NCBI GenBank assembly: GCA_965541615.1
Contig: CBEUCJ010000001.1
Coordinates: forward strand, 3,754-67,753
DNA: 64,000 nucleotides
Direction: 5' to 3'
From: an uncultured bacterium
GTDB taxonomy: Bacteria; Omnitrophota; Gorgyraeia; Duberdicusellales; CBEUCJ01
Below the pieces are notes generated by a model. The model searched no databases and was not told where the DNA came from. It saw only the letters and a list, made by a program, of their open reading frames with translations. Both the position numbers and the translations under genes were made by a program. Below are positions 60,846-64,000 of this stretch, piece by piece. Within the stretch, counting starts at the first letter, position 1, and each line of letters starts with the position of its first letter.

Positions 60846-62204
60846 ATGAAAGAAGTAAGATTGCTCTTAGCTTTTACTCTTTCTTTATTAGTCCTTTTCA
60901 TATTTAATCTTTTCTTTTATACACCTCCTTCTAAATTTGAAGAAAAAAAAGTAAATAAAACTCTTACTATACCTACTTCCAAAGATCTATACTTTGAAAA
61001 CGAATCTTTAAAAATAACCTTTTCAAAAGAATATGGTTTTATAAAAGAAATATATTTAAAAAAATTCTCAGAAACTCTCACTTACAAGAATCTTTTTTTC
61101 TTACCAAAGTTTAAAAGTAAAGATATTATAACAACCAGTAATTCAGTAATTTTTAAAGGTGAATTTGGTGAGATAAGATACAAAATAAAAAAATATTTTT
61201 TGACTGTCTCATTTAAAAATTTAAAGGATTCCTTAAAAGAATTTCTGATCTTTGAAAAGTATCCTGACAAAGAAAAGATCAATCAAAGATTTGTAGAAGT
61301 ATTTTATTACAAAAATAATAAGCTTTATAGAAAAAGAGGAAAAACTCAGATAGACAATTTTTCATGGGGAGGTATTAGAGGAAGATACTTTTGCCTAATT
61401 TTTGAACCAGATAAACCAATAAAATGGAAACATAAAAGAAAAAATGGAAAATTCATCTCTACAATTTTGGCAAATTCTGATTCTTTAACCATAAATTGCT
61501 TTATAGGACCTCAAATTAAGGAACTACTCAAAGATGAATGGCAACAGATACTTTATTATGGATTCTTTAGTGGAATTTCCAAATTTATATTAAAAATATT
61601 GAGTTTTTTACACAGTATATTTAAAAATTGGGGGCTCAGTATTATTGTCTTAACTGTCTTAATTTATATAATCCTCTTTCCTTTTACGATTCAAACCACA
61701 AAATCTACGTTAAAGATGCAAGAAATTCAACCAGAAATAGAAAGATTGAAAAAACAATATAAAGATAATCTCCAAAAGTTAAATAAGGAACTCTTAGAAC
61801 TTTACAGAAAACATAAAATAAACCCTCTAAGTGGGTGCTTACCTCTATTTTTTCAAATCCCTGTATTTATTGGATTATATCAAGCTTTAATGCGAGCTAT
61901 AGAATTAAAAGGAGCAAAATTTTTATGGATAAAGGATTTATCTCTTCCTGACAGAACTATAACTATAGGGAATGTAAATATAAATGTACTCCCTATATTA
62001 ACAGCTCTATTATTCTTTTTTCAACAAAAATTTTACTCAACACAAACTTCATCTGAACAGAAAAAATTTTTTGAAATTTTCTTCCCTTTATTTTTCGCAG
62101 TTATCTTTTATTCTTTTCCTTCAGGTTTTCTTTTATATTGGTTGTCTAACTCTATACTGACTCTTCTGTATTATTTAAGATTAAAAACTCTCAAAAATTT
62201 ATGA
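60846..62204 (+). CDS. yidC: Membrane protein insertase YidC
   Basis: N-terminal TM, periplasmic domain, conserved C-terminal 5-TM core (...PLFFQIPVFIGLYQAL..., FLWIKDLSLPD). Confidence 0.85.
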   Translation: MKEVRLLLAFTLSLLVLFIFNLFFYTPPSKFEEKKVNKTLTIPTSKDLYFENESLKITFSKEYGFIKEIYLKKFSETLTYKNLFFLPKFKSKDIITTSNSVIFKGEFGEIRYKIKKYFLTVSFKNLKDSLKEFLIFEKYPDKEKINQRFVEVFYYKNNKLYRKRGKTQIDNFSWGGIRGRYFCLIFEPDKPIKWKHKRKNGKFISTILANSDSLTINCFIGPQIKELLKDEWQQILYYGFFSGISKFILKILSFLHSIFKNWGLSIIVLTVLIYIILFPFTIQTTKSTLKMQEIQPEIERLKKQYKDNLQKLNKELLELYRKHKINPLSGCLPLFFQIPVFIGLYQALMRAIELKGAKFLWIKDLSLPDRTITIGNVNINVLPILTALLFFFQQKFYSTQTSSEQKKFFEIFFPLFFAVIFYSFPSGFLLYWLSNSILTLLYYLRLKTLKNL

Positions 62205-62210
62205 TATAAT
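62202..62210 (+). promoter_or_regulatory. Extended -10 promoter element (TGaTATAAT) for parAB
   Basis: TGnTATAAT at 62202-62210, 29 nt upstream of the parA ATG, immediately followed by the parS-like palindrome. Confidence 0.4.
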
Positions 62211-62217
62211 ATTTTTT

Positions 62218-62237
62218 AAGTTTTCACGTGAAAACTT
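62218..62237. promoter_or_regulatory. parS-like palindrome (AAGTTTTCACGTGAAAACTT), second copy
   Basis: Identical 20-mer to 60816..60835. Sits between the -10 element and the parA start codon (ATG 62239). Confidence 0.6.
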
Positions 62238-62238
62238 T

Positions 62239-63051
62239 ATGGGAAAAGTAATAGGAATTTGTAATCAAAAAGGAGGAACAGGCAAAACTACTACTGCAGT
62301 AAATTTATCTGCTTTTTTGGGATTAGCTGGAAAAAAAGTTTTATTAATAGATATGGACCCTCAAGCAAATGCTACGAGTGGTGTAGGAGTAGAAAAAAGA
62401 AACCCTAATATTTATGAATGCTTAATAGAAAATTTGGATTTTAGAGAGGTTATAACTAAAACAGAATTTCCAAATCTTTGGATTATACCTGCAAATGAGA
62501 GTTTATCTGGTGCAAGGGTGGAATTAATAGAGGTTGAAAATAGAGAGTTCAGGTTAAAAATGATTACTCAAACCTTAAAAGAAGATTTTGATTTTTTAAT
62601 AATAGATGCTCCTCCTTCTTTAGGGATTCTAACTATAAATGTTTTGACTTGTGCAGATTCTGTACTCATTCCTCTTCAATGTGAATATTACTCATTAGAA
62701 GGAATAGGACAATTAATGAATACTATAAATTTAGTCAAAAAAAATCTAAACCCTGATTTAGAAATTGAAGGAGTAATAATGACTATGGCAGATTTCAGGA
62801 CTACTCTCACTCAAGAAGTAATTTTAGAAGTTAGAAAATTTTTTAAAGAAAAGGTATTTAAAACCATCATCCCTAGGAATGTAAAATTAGCTGAAGCTCC
62901 GAGTTTTGGAAAACCTGTTTATTTTTATGATAAAAACTCTACAGGTTCTAAAGCTTATTTTAAATTGACTAAAGAGTTATTAAATGAAGAAATAGAAGGA
63001 GTATATAATGAAGAGAAAATTGGGCAAAGGGTTGCAGGCTTTAATACCTGA
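62239..63051 (+). CDS. parA: Chromosome partitioning ATPase ParA/Soj
   Basis: Deviant Walker A CNQKGGTGKTTTAVNL, DMDPQANAT, IIDAPPSLG. Confidence 0.9.
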   Translation: MGKVIGICNQKGGTGKTTTAVNLSAFLGLAGKKVLLIDMDPQANATSGVGVEKRNPNIYECLIENLDFREVITKTEFPNLWIIPANESLSGARVELIEVENREFRLKMITQTLKEDFDFLIIDAPPSLGILTINVLTCADSVLIPLQCEYYSLEGIGQLMNTINLVKKNLNPDLEIEGVIMTMADFRTTLTQEVILEVRKFFKEKVFKTIIPRNVKLAEAPSFGKPVYFYDKNSTGSKAYFKLTKELLNEEIEGVYNEEKIGQRVAGFNT

Positions 63052-63841
63052 GATAAAGACTTTTCCTAAAGAAGTTCAAAAAGTCAAAATAGAAGAGATT
63101 AAACCGTCTCCTTATCAACCAAGATTAAAAACAGATGAAAAAAGGATCTTAGAATTGATGAATTCTATACGAGAAAAAGGGATCCTGCAACCTTTAATTG
63201 TAAGAAAAAAAGAAACAGGCTTTGAGTTAGTAGCTGGGCACAGACGTTATGAAGCAGCTAAAAGATTGAATTTAAAAGAAGTCCCTGTAATTACAAAAGA
63301 ACTTACAGATAAAGAAGTATTAGAAATCTCTCTTATAGAAAATCTTCATAGAGAAAATCTTAATCCTATTGAAGAAGCTAAAGCTTTCAAAAGATTAATA
63401 GAAGAATTCAATTACACTTTAGAAGATATAGCTCATTTCTTAAGTAAAGACAAAAGCACAATCTCAAATACACTCAGACTTCTAAAACTACCTTCAATTA
63501 TCCAAAAATCTTTAGAAGAAAACAAAATCACACCAGGACACGCAAGAGCTTTATTATCCTGTGAAGACCCTAAAAAACAGATAATTATTTTTGAAAAAAT
63601 TTTAAATGAAAATCTGAGTGTAAGAGAAACAGAGAATTTAGTCCAAAAAGAAAGTCTCACAAAAACTAAAAAGTTTAAAAAAGATTTTAAAATCTTAGCA
63701 TATGAAGATGAATTGAGAAAAGATTTAGGGATAAAAGTAAAGATTACTCAAAGTAAGAAAAATATAAAAGTTATCCTTGAATTTTGTGATAAAGAAGAGT
63801 TAGAAAGATTTATAAGAAAAATAAAAAATGCCATCTTTTGA
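63008..63841 (+). CDS. parB: Chromosome partitioning protein ParB/Spo0J
   Basis: KRKLGKGLQALIP N-term, GILQPLIVRKKETGFELVAGHRRYEAAKRLNLKEVPVI ParB box, HTH (TLEDIAHFLSKDKSTISNTLRLLKLP). Confidence 0.9.
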   Translation: MKRKLGKGLQALIPEIKTFPKEVQKVKIEEIKPSPYQPRLKTDEKRILELMNSIREKGILQPLIVRKKETGFELVAGHRRYEAAKRLNLKEVPVITKELTDKEVLEISLIENLHRENLNPIEEAKAFKRLIEEFNYTLEDIAHFLSKDKSTISNTLRLLKLPSIIQKSLEENKITPGHARALLSCEDPKKQIIIFEKILNENLSVRETENLVQKESLTKTKKFKKDFKILAYEDELRKDLGIKVKITQSKKNIKVILEFCDKEELERFIRKIKNAIF

Positions 63842-64000
63842 AGATCTTCCAGATAATAAATCTAATCAAGCAACTTTAGTAATAATAAAACCTGATGGTT
63901 TAAAAAAATCACTGACAGGGAATATTTTGACTAGATTATCTGAGACAAGACTTAAAATAATAGGGGCTAAAGTCGTGAGAGTAACAAGAGAATTAGCAGA
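63838..64000 (+). CDS. ndk: Nucleoside diphosphate kinase (N-terminal part; continues beyond window)
   Basis: MPSFEDLPDNKSNQATLVIIKPDGLKKSLTGNILTRLSETRLKIIGAKVVRV matches the NDK N-terminus (TLVIIKPDG...). ATGA overlap with the parB stop. Confidence 0.75.

Noticed and set aside
61082-61282. 66-aa minus ORF
   Set aside because: Antisense within yidC.
63433-63660. 75-aa minus ORF
   Set aside because: Antisense within parB.
1-64000. CRISPR arrays, tRNA/rRNA genes, integrases/transposases
   Set aside because: I found no regularly spaced direct repeats, no cloverleaf-capable segments in the few spacers longer than 80 bp, and no recombinase-like ORFs. The island has no obvious mobility genes at its borders.

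Overview
AT-rich (~30% GC by eye) bacterial chromosomal window with a Lys/Glu/Ile-rich, thermophile/anaerobe-style proteome. About 60 genes are densely packed with many 4-bp ATGA overlaps and almost no spacers. Coordinates 1-34.3 kb and 59.2-64 kb are ordinary housekeeping. These include an EF-G gene running off the 5' edge, splB-like, accA, comM, a uvrD-like helicase, folE, mnmE, folC, purH, a second EF-G paralog, pcm, an M20 peptidase, a THUMP methyltransferase, a PilZ fusion protein, an M48 peptidase, an aminotransferase, an Lrp regulator, yjbQ, nfeD plus an SPFH gene, and the origin-proximal rpmH-yidD-yidC-parA-parB-ndk block with two parS-like palindromes. The standout is a ~23-kb accessory island (36.0-59.2 kb). 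It encodes ten intact radical SAM (rSAM) enzymes and one decayed copy. Most fall into three paralog families, A, B and C. There are also two DegT-type PLP aminotransferases and two paralogous PseG/SpsG-like GT-B enzymes. A cysteine-less AsnB-like PP-loop amidotransferase, a PaaK/CapK-like adenylating ligase and an APH-like kinase are present as well. So are an A24 prepilin-peptidase-like membrane protease and a Cys-rich secreted protein. A strongly translated 97-aa ORF with a His/Ser/Thr/Cys-rich tail (His-Xaa-Ser-like) sits immediately beside a SPASM peptide-maturase-type rSAM. The island appears to hold a modularly duplicated rSAM-driven aminosugar or glycan-tailoring pathway together with a His-Xaa-Ser-like RiPP-type maturation system. 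Neither can be matched to a characterized cluster from sequence alone. Other notable points are an in-frame ~355-aa TM plus coiled-coil N-terminal extension on the first EF-G and a P-loop-less YchF homologue. A PilZ-TM-coiled-coil-glycosidase-like fusion is another. The rpmH-yidD-yidC locus lacks rnpA.
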